64,000 nucleotides of DNA from Euryarchaeota archaeon UBA28 (GTDB lineage Archaea > Thermoplasmatota > Poseidoniia > Poseidoniales > Thalassarchaeaceae): positions 24,553 to 88,552 of the forward strand of contig DANW01000030.1 of assembly GCA_002501605.1 (NCBI GenBank), in the 5' to 3' direction. Positions 18,201 through 26,541 of the stretch are shown one piece after another. The notes below the pieces were generated by a model. It was given only the letters and a program-made list of their open reading frames with translations. It did not search any database and was not told where the DNA came from. A program made the position numbers and the translations under genes. Position 1 is the first letter of the stretch. Each line of letters begins with the position of its first letter.

Positions 18201-19899
18201 TGACGTCGAGCTATTCAATGAGATTCCGGAGGCATCAATGACAATCTCAAGGACTGGTCAGCTGTCCTCGGATACGGTGACAATCGACGGATCCGGTACA
18301 GCAGACCCAGAGGGAGACCCTGTAAAGTTCCAGTTCCTGAGTGACATAGACGGTATTATCTATTCAGGAGTCTCCTCTGATGGCACTATTGAGTGGACTG
18401 GGACATTGTCCAAGGGAACTCACACCATAACTATGCAGGCCAGCGATGACAGGCCGGCTCATGCAGGTCAATGGACGACTTACAGTATGGAGGTCCAAGT
18501 CAACAATTCACTACCCGTCTCAGTGATATCGAGTCCCATGGATGGCGATCTAACGGATTCAGGTACTCTGGTCTCGCTCTCCTCGATTGGATCAGGTGAC
18601 TGGGATATATCCTGCTCCGATCTTCCCGAAAATGGTTCCGGACTGATATGCAACCCCTCGAGCTCAACTAGCTCCGACTTGGTCAGCGTTCTCTGGAAGA
18701 GCGATATCGTCGAAGAGCCCTTGGGAAGCGATTGGTACTTGGAGACCAGGTTGCCAGAGGGTGTTCACCAAATCACACTGACCATCGACGATGGCTCAGG
18801 AAATCCAGATATATCGGAGATAACGCTCAGGGTCGATGAAGCCGCGCCTGTTTTCGTCTTGGACTCGCCGGTTCCAGATGCCATAGTATATTCGAACCTA
18901 CCAGTTCTTTTCGATTTCAGGAGGTCCTTTGACCCCGATGGAGATGACTTCACAGTAACTGTAACGTCCAATCTGATGGTGGAGCCCATTCTTGAATCCA
19001 AAACGACCGATTTCTGGTACAACGACTATCTGCCCCATGGAACCCACACTCTGACATTTGAGCTGACAGACGAGAATGGAATGGCCATATCCCATACCCA
19101 GGAGATAACTGTCTTGGAGACTGACCCAGTGGCTTCCATATCCGGGCTTTCCGAGGGCCAGTATATCCCTCCAGGTACAATTCTAGAATTAAACGGATCA
19201 GAGTCCTTCGACTATGACAATGACATAGCGCTGTATAGATGGACCCTTTCCGATGGAACAGAGGTCAGCGACAGAGAGACAGTAACCGTCCAGTTATCTC
19301 CGGGACCGGTGAGGGTCGATCTGGTGGTCCAAGACTCAAGGGGAGCGCAGTCTCTCGCCTCGGTAAATCTGACCATAGGCTCGTCATCACCAGCCCTGAG
19401 GGACATGACAGTCTCCCCAAAGGAATTCCGCATGGGAGAGGTCAATGAGATAAGAGTAACAGTGGTTATGGAAGACGCAGATGGTACCACAGAATCAGTG
19501 GGAGGGGAGATGGTCGCCGGAGGACTATCCAAGTCATTCCAGATGAGGGATGACGGGCAACTGGGGGACTTGATTGCAGATGATGGAATTTGGACTTATG
19601 AGACAAATTGGGAGATAACCTCTGGTTCCTCCGCCTCCATAGGTGTTTGGGCTCTGGATGGGGATACCGTGAGTCCTACCCTGATGTCCATCGTTCCAAT
19701 AACTGAGGAACAGGGAATGGACATTTTCGGATGGATAGTGGGTTCGGGCCTGCCTGTGGTCATATTGGTGATATGTATGCTAACCTCGGTCGGAATGGTA
19801 ATTGTATCCAATCGAAGAAGAGAGATAGAGAGGGATTTGGAGATGATTCAGTCATGGTCCTCTTTCGAGCCAATTGATAGTGATGACGACGAAATATAG
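15244..19899 (+). CDS. Giant secreted surface protein (1551 aa) with right-handed parallel beta-helix repeats, PKD/Ig-like domains and a C-terminal TM anchor
   Basis: The signal peptide follows a GTG start (MRVPDYRPRIAFAIVALLILVSCSNLVSS). The N-terminal roughly 550 aa carry repetitive beta-helix-type degenerate repeats (ISN.T..N...V.AVDLYGG.., NISGSTMAIAAGIWVEDS.., SNN.G.GV.V). PKD-like signatures include ESWDLDDDDLSYTWTSSIDG and DYDNDIALYRWTLSDGTE...VRVDLVVQDSRGAQS. The C-terminus has a TM helix GLPVVILVICMLTSVGMVIVS, then NRRREIER, then an acidic tail DSDDDEI. Confidence 0.65.
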   Translation: MRVPDYRPRIAFAIVALLILVSCSNLVSSSESRTTTVWSGNVILPDGYLVDSGEVLSISAGTTVSIGSGHSLDVDGRIIISGSVSSPVVINSISGNHEGLVFNYSSDGLGSRVDNLSVVDSKYGVTIYGSDPVISNLTVNNADSVAVDLYGGASPLIVDLVISGGGQDVHGFSTTWRYGIGLSIGAYSTPIVRGAQIDGLITRGVNHWGNSGGLLSDLVISNISGSTMAIAAGIWVEDSIPLIEDSIISRSDNGIFVRHITDGWTTRPTFESVVVESSMYRGVMVEQYNHSQYSNLPLNAIFNDITVRGTGGPGAKTSGLSVAAFDINTSGVHIDVGLIEDNSAVGLRGYMIDSSTIINRLNIIGNGNPSAISPYNDRAGMFFRSANWAPTVNDLVVRNSTGPGVLLWKGGIQGSYWDISNNGATGLDIREFHPDLFLVSSHNNSGHGVSVIDSSNVELEQIHTSHNGLGTVLPSSGAGIYFDESNDVVSAGKNVSCTNCSSSHDQHGVVIRDSIDIFLDGITSREPLFGPALDIDNSGITEREGRVSLSNITVFQNSSTHSVELNLADATIDNLEIVGSNYGVKWSAIGGMTSYLNSSLIRGSQGCMELIDHTDLVSSSVLFECEGANPSVSSSFVNFTDSSFSTALGMSETFSTLGNSHIRWISSSRIATPNFTGSDNIVDLMWFVEANVVNQNLRNIPFSDVNFSFDQLEIEFNHTLPYSGREVVGPFIGQRWTPVQGWSQNTTMSPGCDYDGVHNDSAPIQLTSDSVVICMVEITNQPPFIIWSTPEDESVYPSGSPVYFRGNESWDLDDDDLSYTWTSSIDGVLAMTGGEGPCSGTAVGNASSFMANDWAGASQCLSDGLHLITLEVCDPTHCITEEREIELVNLPPVLSVGTSPSVSSWGTLYLGQTANVTVFMSGTYDPEGDDLECWIGASYEENASLPPNPPNGCPLELNRSFPGAPSQFSVTVYASDGNNPASTWTFDVELFNEIPEASMTISRTGQLSSDTVTIDGSGTADPEGDPVKFQFLSDIDGIIYSGVSSDGTIEWTGTLSKGTHTITMQASDDRPAHAGQWTTYSMEVQVNNSLPVSVISSPMDGDLTDSGTLVSLSSIGSGDWDISCSDLPENGSGLICNPSSSTSSDLVSVLWKSDIVEEPLGSDWYLETRLPEGVHQITLTIDDGSGNPDISEITLRVDEAAPVFVLDSPVPDAIVYSNLPVLFDFRRSFDPDGDDFTVTVTSNLMVEPILESKTTDFWYNDYLPHGTHTLTFELTDENGMAISHTQEITVLETDPVASISGLSEGQYIPPGTILELNGSESFDYDNDIALYRWTLSDGTEVSDRETVTVQLSPGPVRVDLVVQDSRGAQSLASVNLTIGSSSPALRDMTVSPKEFRMGEVNEIRVTVVMEDADGTTESVGGEMVAGGLSKSFQMRDDGQLGDLIADDGIWTYETNWEITSGSSASIGVWALDGDTVSPTLMSIVPITEEQGMDIFGWIVGSGLPVVILVICMLTSVGMVIVSNRRREIERDLEMIQSWSSFEPIDSDDDEI

Positions 19900-19937
19900 G
19901 GCAGAAACAACAGCGCCCCTCAGCATCAACAATCAAG

Positions 19938-19951
19938 AATTTTCTTTTTTA
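19938..19951 (+). terminator. T-rich tract (aattttctttttta), a candidate archaeal oligo-T terminator for the giant surface-protein gene
   Basis: It lies about 40 nt downstream of the stop TAG at 19897-19899. Archaeal termination typically occurs at oligo-T runs. Confidence 0.3.
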
Positions 19952-20123
19952 GGGAGTATCGAAGACATGTTTGATATCATCCAAGAAGATGCTGCAATAA
20001 GCTGTAACCAATCTCCATTACCCTCAGGCAATGACCCATCAGAGTAAACAAATACACTGACAATCCAGCATAAGCTGGCTATCGTTTGTCCAAGCCACTC
20101 TACACCCATCATTTTCTCCACAT

Positions 20124-21299
20124 TCAACACGTCAAACACTCCTGTCCACAGCACGACAAATCATCCAAATACATCCCCCAACTCCTGTAGGCTTCCACAA
20201 ATTCATCCGTGGGCAGGTCAAATGATTCAGCGATAGCTTGTGCCACAATTGCAAATCGTTGGCGATATTTGAAAATGAAACAGAATATATGCCCGTCATG
20301 GCGTACCATTGGGCCGGCCAAGAATAGTCCGGGGGTAATCGTTGATTCGTCCTGATCGGTGAGTTCAGCAAACCCGTCATCTCGATGTTCAAACAAATTT
20401 GAAACAAATTTGTGACTGCCATCGAATCCATTGGCTAGAAGCGGTTGATTTTTGGATTGGAAAACTTCTCCATCTTCAGTTTTCAACTCATATATGGACC
20501 CATCAAATGTGATTGATTGAACTGACTTTTCACTGAATAATTCTACATTTGTTTCAAATTCTATACTTTTAATTCGTTCGAATGTAAATGTGGAGAGGGC
20601 CACACTGGGGTCGGAACTTTCCTCTCCCCATGGACAATTTTGGTCAAATACCCGAACCCTTCTTCCCTGTTTTGAAAGATGGTAAGCGGCATCAATTCCA
20701 CTTTCATAACCCCCAATGATAAGGTAATCTTCACCGGTTAAGTCACCGTAGGACTTTATTTTGGAGGTATGCAAACATAATTCACTCCCCAAAAATGCAC
20801 CTTGAGAAGGGTATTGATATTCTCCAGCTGCCCAGATAACCTTTCTTGCAAACAGGGTTCCTTCTTCGGTTTCTAAATGAAATAATCCACCGGCTTTACC
20901 GAGACTTAGAATATTGGTGTTTTCGCGAATAGGTAGCTCGAAAAAATCGGCGAGTCCTTGTAAATGTTCCGCGAATTCTTGCCCAGTAGGATGTTCAATC
21001 CTCATGCTGAAGGCGGGGGATACGCCCACAGCCACTGAATTCAAATCTAGCATGCCGATTGAGTTACTGGGAAATGATGGGGTGATGAACCTTGTCTCAG
21101 CCGGCCATGCTGCGAACGACGAACCTACACCTTTGCGATCCACTATTAGGAAATCCTCTACTCCCGAGTGAGCCACCGAAATCGCAACGCCAATTCCTGC
21201 TGCACCTGCACCAACAATTATGACGTCATGCACCTCTTTGGAATCAGTGACTGCACTTTTTGAATCCTCGTCCTCCGAAGGCATTTCTACTGAATCCAT
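20124..21299 (-). CDS. FAD/NAD(P)-binding oxidoreductase (flavin monooxygenase / pyridine-nucleotide-disulfide oxidoreductase-like)
   Basis: ATG start. The N-terminal Rossmann motif is VIIVGAGAAGIGVAIS, and a second dinucleotide-binding motif is YLIIGGYESGIDAAYHLSKQGRRVRVFD. The C-terminus has a Cys cluster CCGQECLTC. The gene is markedly AT-richer than its surroundings, about 35-40% GC against about 50%. Confidence 0.6.
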   Translation of the reverse strand: MDSVEMPSEDEDSKSAVTDSKEVHDVIIVGAGAAGIGVAISVAHSGVEDFLIVDRKGVGSSFAAWPAETRFITPSFPSNSIGMLDLNSVAVGVSPAFSMRIEHPTGQEFAEHLQGLADFFELPIRENTNILSLGKAGGLFHLETEEGTLFARKVIWAAGEYQYPSQGAFLGSELCLHTSKIKSYGDLTGEDYLIIGGYESGIDAAYHLSKQGRRVRVFDQNCPWGEESSDPSVALSTFTFERIKSIEFETNVELFSEKSVQSITFDGSIYELKTEDGEVFQSKNQPLLANGFDGSHKFVSNLFEHRDDGFAELTDQDESTITPGLFLAGPMVRHDGHIFCFIFKYRQRFAIVAQAIAESFDLPTDEFVEAYRSWGMYLDDLSCCGQECLTC

Positions 21300-21396
21300 G
21301 TGCAGACGGCCAATAATAACATTTTAAATAATACTAATAAATATTAATTTTAAAATTATTATTATTAGGAATTTAACGCTAGATTTTGTATAAATT
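21300..21396. promoter_or_regulatory. Strongly AT-rich intergenic region (ataataacattttaaataatactaataaatattaattttaaaattattattatt), a probable promoter/TATA region for the FAD-oxidoreductase gene
   Basis: It lies immediately upstream of the ATG at 21299 on the minus strand and contains multiple TTTAAA/ATAAAT TATA-like words. It is also the 3' flank of the small DUF4177-like ORF. Confidence 0.3.
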
Positions 21397-21558
21397 TCAA
21401 AGGGCTCTTTTGAAGTAGAATACCTTGAGTTTCCCCGGCTTTTTGCCTTTCGTTGAAACTAATTCCCAACCCTGACTTCCCAAATCATTCAACATTTCAG
21501 TAATCTGGCTATACGATGCATCTGAATTTTCTACAATTCTATACTCCCATTGTGTCAT
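21397..21558 (-). CDS. Small protein (53 aa), DUF4177-like. It is not in the supplied ORF track because it is shorter than 60 aa.
   Basis: Translated by hand from ATG 21558 to TGA 21397: MTQWEYRIVENSDASYSQITEMLNDLGSQGWELVSTKGKKPGKLKVFYFKRAL. The pattern (W/K)EYK(I/V)V ... LN.LG.EGWELV ... (F/Y)FKR is my recollection of the DUF4177 family. Confidence 0.45.
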   Translation of the reverse strand: MTQWEYRIVENSDASYSQITEMLNDLGSQGWELVSTKGKKPGKLKVFYFKRAL

Positions 21559-21637
21559 GACTATGATAGGACTCAATGAGTTATGAAATTATTCCCGAAA
21601 TATTGGGTACTCTATGTCCCAGATAGATTTCAGGGAT

Positions 21638-22372
21638 TTACTTCTCTGGGCCCCATGGCGTAACTTGCCTAGTTAACCCCAATCTGTGAGTAAAGAGGAA
21701 CCTGAGATTCAGTAGACCATCCCCCCAAGTGTTGATCTCCGCCTCCCCAACCCTTGGCCTGTATGGAACACTGACCTCAGCAGTTCTCTTCTTCCCGAGG
21801 TATCTCCTGGCCCGGATTTTGAACTCCTGGGAGAGAGGCATTCCATCATGCTTGGGACGGACCCTCACATCTTCGAAGATTGATTTTCGGAAAACCCACA
21901 TACCGCTCTGGGAGTCATGTATACCATACCAGTACAAGAGGGATGCTGTCGTAGACAGAACCCAATTGCCAAATCCATGAAGTCCCGGCATTGACCCCTC
22001 CTCGGCTCTCCTAAGCCTGTCGCAACTAATCCATGCTAGGTCTTCCTCTACCAGTTTTTTAACCAGACCGGGGACCTCCTCCCCGGGGTAGGTACAGTCC
22101 GCATCCATCGTGACGATGATGTCACCAGGAGCCATAGAGAAACCAGTCTTGTAGGCTCTACCATAGCCCTTCCGCGGCTCCAAGTATACAGTCGCGCCCT
22201 CTCCCTCTGCCAGCTCTCTCGTCCTGTCCGTGGAATTCCCATCTATAATCAAAAAGTCCAGCCTATCACACCATCCGTTATTTGGTATGGACCTAATCGT
22301 GTCAACTATCGCTTCCTCCTCGTTCCTTGTTGGGATAACGACGGTTACGTGTACCGGCAGGGCTTTGGTCAT
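21638..22372 (-). CDS. Family 2 glycosyltransferase (dolichyl-phosphate sugar transferase-like)
   Basis: VHVTVVIPTRNEEEAI...DFLIIDGNSTDRTRELA...IIVTMDADCTYP with the DxD/DAD motif. The ORF-track start 22669 adds about 99 aa with no homology, which would overlap the divergent GT4 gene. ATG 22372 (MTKALPVHVTVV...) leaves a 97-bp divergent intergenic region. Confidence 0.7.
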   Translation of the reverse strand: MTKALPVHVTVVIPTRNEEEAIVDTIRSIPNNGWCDRLDFLIIDGNSTDRTRELAEGEGATVYLEPRKGYGRAYKTGFSMAPGDIIVTMDADCTYPGEEVPGLVKKLVEEDLAWISCDRLRRAEEGSMPGLHGFGNWVLSTTASLLYWYGIHDSQSGMWVFRKSIFEDVRVRPKHDGMPLSQEFKIRARRYLGKKRTAEVSVPYRPRVGEAEINTWGDGLLNLRFLFTHRLGLTRQVTPWGPEK

Positions 22373-22469
22373 GAACGAGCCACAAGCCCCTATGTTTTGA
22401 ATAATGCGAACACCTGACTTGTGGTAGTTCTCTTGAAATGCTGATACCGAATCGGAGATTTGAGGGACC

Positions 22470-23699
22470 ATGCACATCGCAATGCTTTCCGCAGAGTTTC
22501 CACCAAGGTGGGGGGGCATGGGATCGACGGTTTTCCATCTCTCCGCAGCTTTGGTCAATAGGGGCCATAGGGTCACTGTCATTACCCGATCAGGAGCAGG
22601 TAAACCACCTAACCAAGAGGGTGTGGACGTGATAGAAGTGGGATGGATGAGAATCCCTATGGAGTTCACACGTTCCTACGGCAGGAGGGCAATTTCGGAG
22701 TTGGAGAAACTGAATGAGAGACTGAATGTGGATGTTGTTCACCTGCATTGCCCCATGATATCGTGGGCAACCCCTCAGTTTCATCGATGTATCCAGAATA
22801 TCGCCCCAGTCGTGTCCTCCCTTCATGGCTCATGGCTTGGTGAGCGGGATGGCTTGCTCGAAGCAAGTATGTCAAAAGAGGCAGCGGTATGGGCCAACGT
22901 AAATGACATAGCAATCAGGTTCACGGCGGAAAGATACGCCAAATTTGAGAACATCGCCATAAGGGAGTCATCGATATGTGTAGCCAACTCCCGTGCGACC
23001 AGAGAGGACTTCGAATCCAGATATAATCCACCGTCGAATTGGGACTGTGAGGTAGTTCACTGGGGCGTTGACACAGAGATGTTCAGACCGTCAGATATCG
23101 AAAACGAGGAAGAGAATCGGAAATTTACTGAAATCAGAAACAGGTTTGGAGCAGTAAGCCCTAGGTCTAAGCTTTTATTGGCAGTTGGAAGGCTTGCGGC
23201 AAGGAAGGGTTATGGTACTCTGATTCGAGGGTTTTCGGCGTTGAACAAGGAGATGCCAAACACTAAGCTTGTGATAGTCGGTAGGGGGCACTTGAAGAGG
23301 AGATTGATGAGGTTGGCAAAGAGCCTAGGAGTTGGAGAGGACGTGACGATAGAGTCCAGCTTATCCTTCGCAGAACTAGCACAACTCTACCGTTCTTCGG
23401 ACTTAGTTGTCTATCCCTCATTTTATGAGGGACAGGGGCTGATTCCCTTGGAAGCAATGGCGTCGGGAGTCCCTGTCGTTACAGTTGATCATGGGCCACT
23501 TCCAGAGATGGTCGACGAATCTGTAGGCGCCCTTTTCACAATGGGTAACATCGAATCCATGGTCTCTGTAATGAAAGAAGTCCTAAAAGTAGGTCGGAAG
23601 AAGGGGGAAAAGGGTAGAGCCAGGGTCCTTCAGAAATTCACCTACTCAGGTAATGCTGAATCCTTCGAGAATATCTATCTTGAGGCCATAAATCGATAG
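22470..23699 (+). CDS. Family 4 glycosyltransferase (GT-B, RfaG-like)
   Basis: The N-terminus MHIAMLSAEFPPRWGGMGSTVFHL matches the GT4 consensus. The C-terminal EX7E-type region is FYEGQGLIPLEAMASGVPVV. Length 409 aa. Confidence 0.75.
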   Translation: MHIAMLSAEFPPRWGGMGSTVFHLSAALVNRGHRVTVITRSGAGKPPNQEGVDVIEVGWMRIPMEFTRSYGRRAISELEKLNERLNVDVVHLHCPMISWATPQFHRCIQNIAPVVSSLHGSWLGERDGLLEASMSKEAAVWANVNDIAIRFTAERYAKFENIAIRESSICVANSRATREDFESRYNPPSNWDCEVVHWGVDTEMFRPSDIENEEENRKFTEIRNRFGAVSPRSKLLLAVGRLAARKGYGTLIRGFSALNKEMPNTKLVIVGRGHLKRRLMRLAKSLGVGEDVTIESSLSFAELAQLYRSSDLVVYPSFYEGQGLIPLEAMASGVPVVTVDHGPLPEMVDESVGALFTMGNIESMVSVMKEVLKVGRKKGEKGRARVLQKFTYSGNAESFENIYLEAINR

Positions 23700-23715
23700 A
23701 TTAGGCGAACCATTG

Positions 23716-24801
23716 ATGCGCCATGACTATTTCGGAATACTGATAGTCATGGCGAAGAGCACCAGCCTAGCAAAGGTCGACTCCGGAACCTTGGCCAATA
23801 TCTCTATTGTGTTATTTGTCAGCGTTCTAGCAATTATCCACCTAAAAGCAGTGATCCAACCACTGGTTGTTGCCACGCTAATCTTCTTTTTGATTAGGCC
23901 TCCGGCACAATGGCTGGAGGAGAGGATTGGTGGTCACCCATTAATCGCTTATGGGGTTCTAGTGGTGGCAGTAATGGGGTTCCTTCTGTTCGCGTCGAAT
24001 TCAATGTATGAAGCAATGCAGAGTTTCACAAACGATGCCCCTGAGCTACAGAAATCCTTGGATGAGAAGGTAGCATGGGTAGAGGAATTATCGATATTCG
24101 GATACCAGCCCAATACCTCAACCCTCACTGACTTAGTCACTATCGAGACTGTTAACTCATACGCCGCAGGTTTTGTGGGTACACTGGCAGGATTTACTAC
24201 TGGACTTGTGACAGTCCTCATTTTCCTCCTGTTCATCATTCTAGAGGCAGAGACCCTCCCAAAGAGAATCAAAGCAGCATACCCCGATGATGTAGATAGG
24301 GTAATGTCTGTGGCCTCTGACTCTGGAGATGGAATCAATACCTATGTCATAACCAGAGCCTCAGTTGCTTTCGGTCAAGCTGTTGTCGCCGCAGTCGTAT
24401 TGTCTTACATGGAAATCCCATTCGTCTTCCTATGGGTTTCAATAACATTCCTGATGGATTTCATCCCCTATGTCGGAGCACTACTATCGATCATCCCTCC
24501 CATTCTCCTGGGCCTAATCGTACTACCTCAGACATCAGCCTTGATTCTGATCGCTCTGTTAATTGCTAATCAGCAGGTTTGGGGCGGTATAATCGAGCCG
24601 CAGCTAGCGGGACAGAGACTGGACATGTCCCCAATCGTCCTACTCCTGCTGGTCGCCTTTTGGGGATGGGCATGGGGAATAATGGGAATGGTGCTTGGAG
24701 TCCCGCTTGCAGTCATCATGAAGATTGGGTTAGAGAGTGACCCAAGGACTAGGCCGATAGCAATCATGCTATCAAGGGATCCGGATTCAAAGTCATCTTA
24801 A
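23716..24801 (+). CDS. AI-2E family transporter (PerM/UPF0118)
   Basis: About 8 TM helices with the family-typical C-terminal region FIPYVGALLSIIPPILLGL...ANQQVWGGIIEPQLAGQRLDMSPIVLLLLVAFWGWAWGIMGMVLGVPL. The first ATG is at 23716, and the ORF-track start is TTG 23713. Confidence 0.65.
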   Translation: MRHDYFGILIVMAKSTSLAKVDSGTLANISIVLFVSVLAIIHLKAVIQPLVVATLIFFLIRPPAQWLEERIGGHPLIAYGVLVVAVMGFLLFASNSMYEAMQSFTNDAPELQKSLDEKVAWVEELSIFGYQPNTSTLTDLVTIETVNSYAAGFVGTLAGFTTGLVTVLIFLLFIILEAETLPKRIKAAYPDDVDRVMSVASDSGDGINTYVITRASVAFGQAVVAAVVLSYMEIPFVFLWVSITFLMDFIPYVGALLSIIPPILLGLIVLPQTSALILIALLIANQQVWGGIIEPQLAGQRLDMSPIVLLLLVAFWGWAWGIMGMVLGVPLAVIMKIGLESDPRTRPIAIMLSRDPDSKSS

Positions 24802-25407
24802 CCGCTCCACGTACACCGCTACCACACCATCCGAGGTAACTCTGACCAAATCCCCCAGCCCCTCATTGCTGAGTCCCTTTGTCGACAACTGGAGTTGCTG
24901 TCCTGCCAACTCCCATTTCCCGCCAGTCACATTCACTTTCATGCAACTTCTTAGTGCAAAAACTGAGAATTTTCGACCCTTTTCCATAGGCTCATTGAAA
25001 CCATCATTTGAGGGGCTCACCAGGTGCAAAACTCCAGATTCGTAATGAATCCTGACTTTCATTCCATCTGGGACCTCATTCAATGTAGCGAAGGCGCCAA
25101 AGACATGCCCATAGTCCCCGCCCTCAACACCTATGACATCAATATCTGTAACCCCGAGGGAGCTAACGTAATGAATTGATTTTGAGAGGTCACTCTTACT
25201 TTGATCCTCGAGAAATATAGATTGATCCTCCCACTTGGAATGTTTCACTGAATCCAAGTCTCCAAGGACCTTGGAGACGTCATATCCCATCGACGAGGCT
25301 TTATCAGCACCGCCATCAACTCCGAAAATGAGAGATGTAGAACTTATGATTTCGCGGGCTATGGTCTCACTAGGTAACTCTCCATTGCACCAAAGTATGA
25401 CCTTCAT
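24793..25407 (-). CDS. thiN: Thiamine pyrophosphokinase
   Basis: Collinear with B. subtilis ThiN/TPK motifs. LIFGVDGGADKA matches WIGVDKGT, LGDLDSV matches GDFDSI, DQSKSDLSKSI matches DQTDLDLAL, and GVEGGDYGHVFGAF matches GITGGRADHFLGN. Length 204 aa. Confidence 0.65.
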   Translation of the reverse strand: MKVILWCNGELPSETIAREIISSTSLIFGVDGGADKASSMGYDVSKVLGDLDSVKHSKWEDQSIFLEDQSKSDLSKSIHYVSSLGVTDIDVIGVEGGDYGHVFGAFATLNEVPDGMKVRIHYESGVLHLVSPSNDGFNEPMEKGRKFSVFALRSCMKVNVTGGKWELAGQQLQLSTKGLSNEGLGDLVRVTSDGVVAVYVERLR

Positions 25408-25411
25408 TCAA

Positions 25412-26443
25412 TCACCGCTTTCTTGCAGTTACCTTTCCTTCCAAGACTAAGTCGACATCTTCCAATTCCACTGTGGGCTTCACCATCACTCCCCTGATTT
25501 GGTATCCTACCCTAGAACTTCCCCCAAGGGATGAGTTATCCCCTATCGCGACATATGAGGAGCCTCTCACGACCTGATCCTCCAATTGGTTACCGGATAG
25601 TCGCGATCTTGGGTTCATCCCGAACCCGAATTCCGCTAGAGTGCCGACCTTGTCAATTTGAGATATCTTCACCGAGGATCTAATAGAATCCATCTTGGAT
25701 ATCAGTTCCTCAGAAACAGAGCCCCCAGAAATTTCGATCACATTGCCTTCTTCGACCAATAACGTCACTGGCTCATCCAACATTTTACCATCAAGTGATC
25801 CGTCAATCACAATCTTCCCATTCGCGCTCCCCTCCTTTGGAAGGACGAATACCTTACCTGTTGGGAGATTCGTTATCTGTCCGGGACGATTGCAGATTCC
25901 GTTGTCCTCGAGTATCCATCTTGCTCCAGTTGTGAAAGTAAAATCAGTCCCCGAGGATGACTTCACTCTCACTAGGGTTCTCTTCCTGAGTAGGCTGTTT
26001 AGTCCTGATATCTCCTTTTTCATCGCCCCATAATCTGCAGTCATCCCTCCCTTTGATAGAATTTCTGATGTTATGCCCGGCATAGATGCAATTCTCGCAT
26101 TCTCCCTGGAAGCGTTCCTTCTAGCTCTGGTATGAGTCAGAGAGCTCTTTGTGGCGATTAAGACAACGTCCTGTTGCCTCATTAGCTCAGCAACGGGGTC
26201 TGGAGGCTCTGCCCCTTTCTTGTGAGATGGGGGCATCATCATCAGCAGAACCCTGTCGGTTACCTCGGCGGCCGCTTCATAGAGAGATTGCCCTACTTCT
26301 GAGCATTGAGGGTCAGTGACAATTAGCACATGTTCTGAGGGCCTAATCTGCATACAAGTCCTGACAACGGACCTAGAAGAAGTTAGCATCGCCTCTGCCA
26401 ATTCTTCAGAATCAGCGATACCTATTTGCCCCTCCTCTGCCAT
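25412..26443 (-). CDS. Putative aminopeptidase, M29 (AmpS/PepS)-like. The family assignment is tentative.
   Basis: Size about 343 aa, with a Gly-rich C-terminal region (VAIGDNSSLGGSSRVGYQIRGVM) whose layout resembles thermophilic M29 aminopeptidases. No unambiguous signature was seen. The first ATG is 26443, and the ORF-track start is TTG 26494. Confidence 0.35.
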   Translation of the reverse strand: MAEEGQIGIADSEELAEAMLTSSRSVVRTCMQIRPSEHVLIVTDPQCSEVGQSLYEAAAEVTDRVLLMMMPPSHKKGAEPPDPVAELMRQQDVVLIATKSSLTHTRARRNASRENARIASMPGITSEILSKGGMTADYGAMKKEISGLNSLLRKRTLVRVKSSSGTDFTFTTGARWILEDNGICNRPGQITNLPTGKVFVLPKEGSANGKIVIDGSLDGKMLDEPVTLLVEEGNVIEISGGSVSEELISKMDSIRSSVKISQIDKVGTLAEFGFGMNPRSRLSGNQLEDQVVRGSSYVAIGDNSSLGGSSRVGYQIRGVMVKPTVELEDVDLVLEGKVTARKR

Positions 26444-26541
26444 CTGAACCGTATCGCGGAGTGGGTCGTTGTTCAAGGACACTCCGAATGTCAAATCAGT
26501 TAACCAAGCCAGTCAAATGGAGATATGCATTGTCGATAGTG

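Noticed and set aside
22373-22669. N-terminal 99-aa extension of the GT2 glycosyltransferase ORF
   Set aside because: It has no similarity to GT2 N-termini, and the GT-A fold begins right after the internal Met. The extension would run through the start of the divergent GT4 gene.
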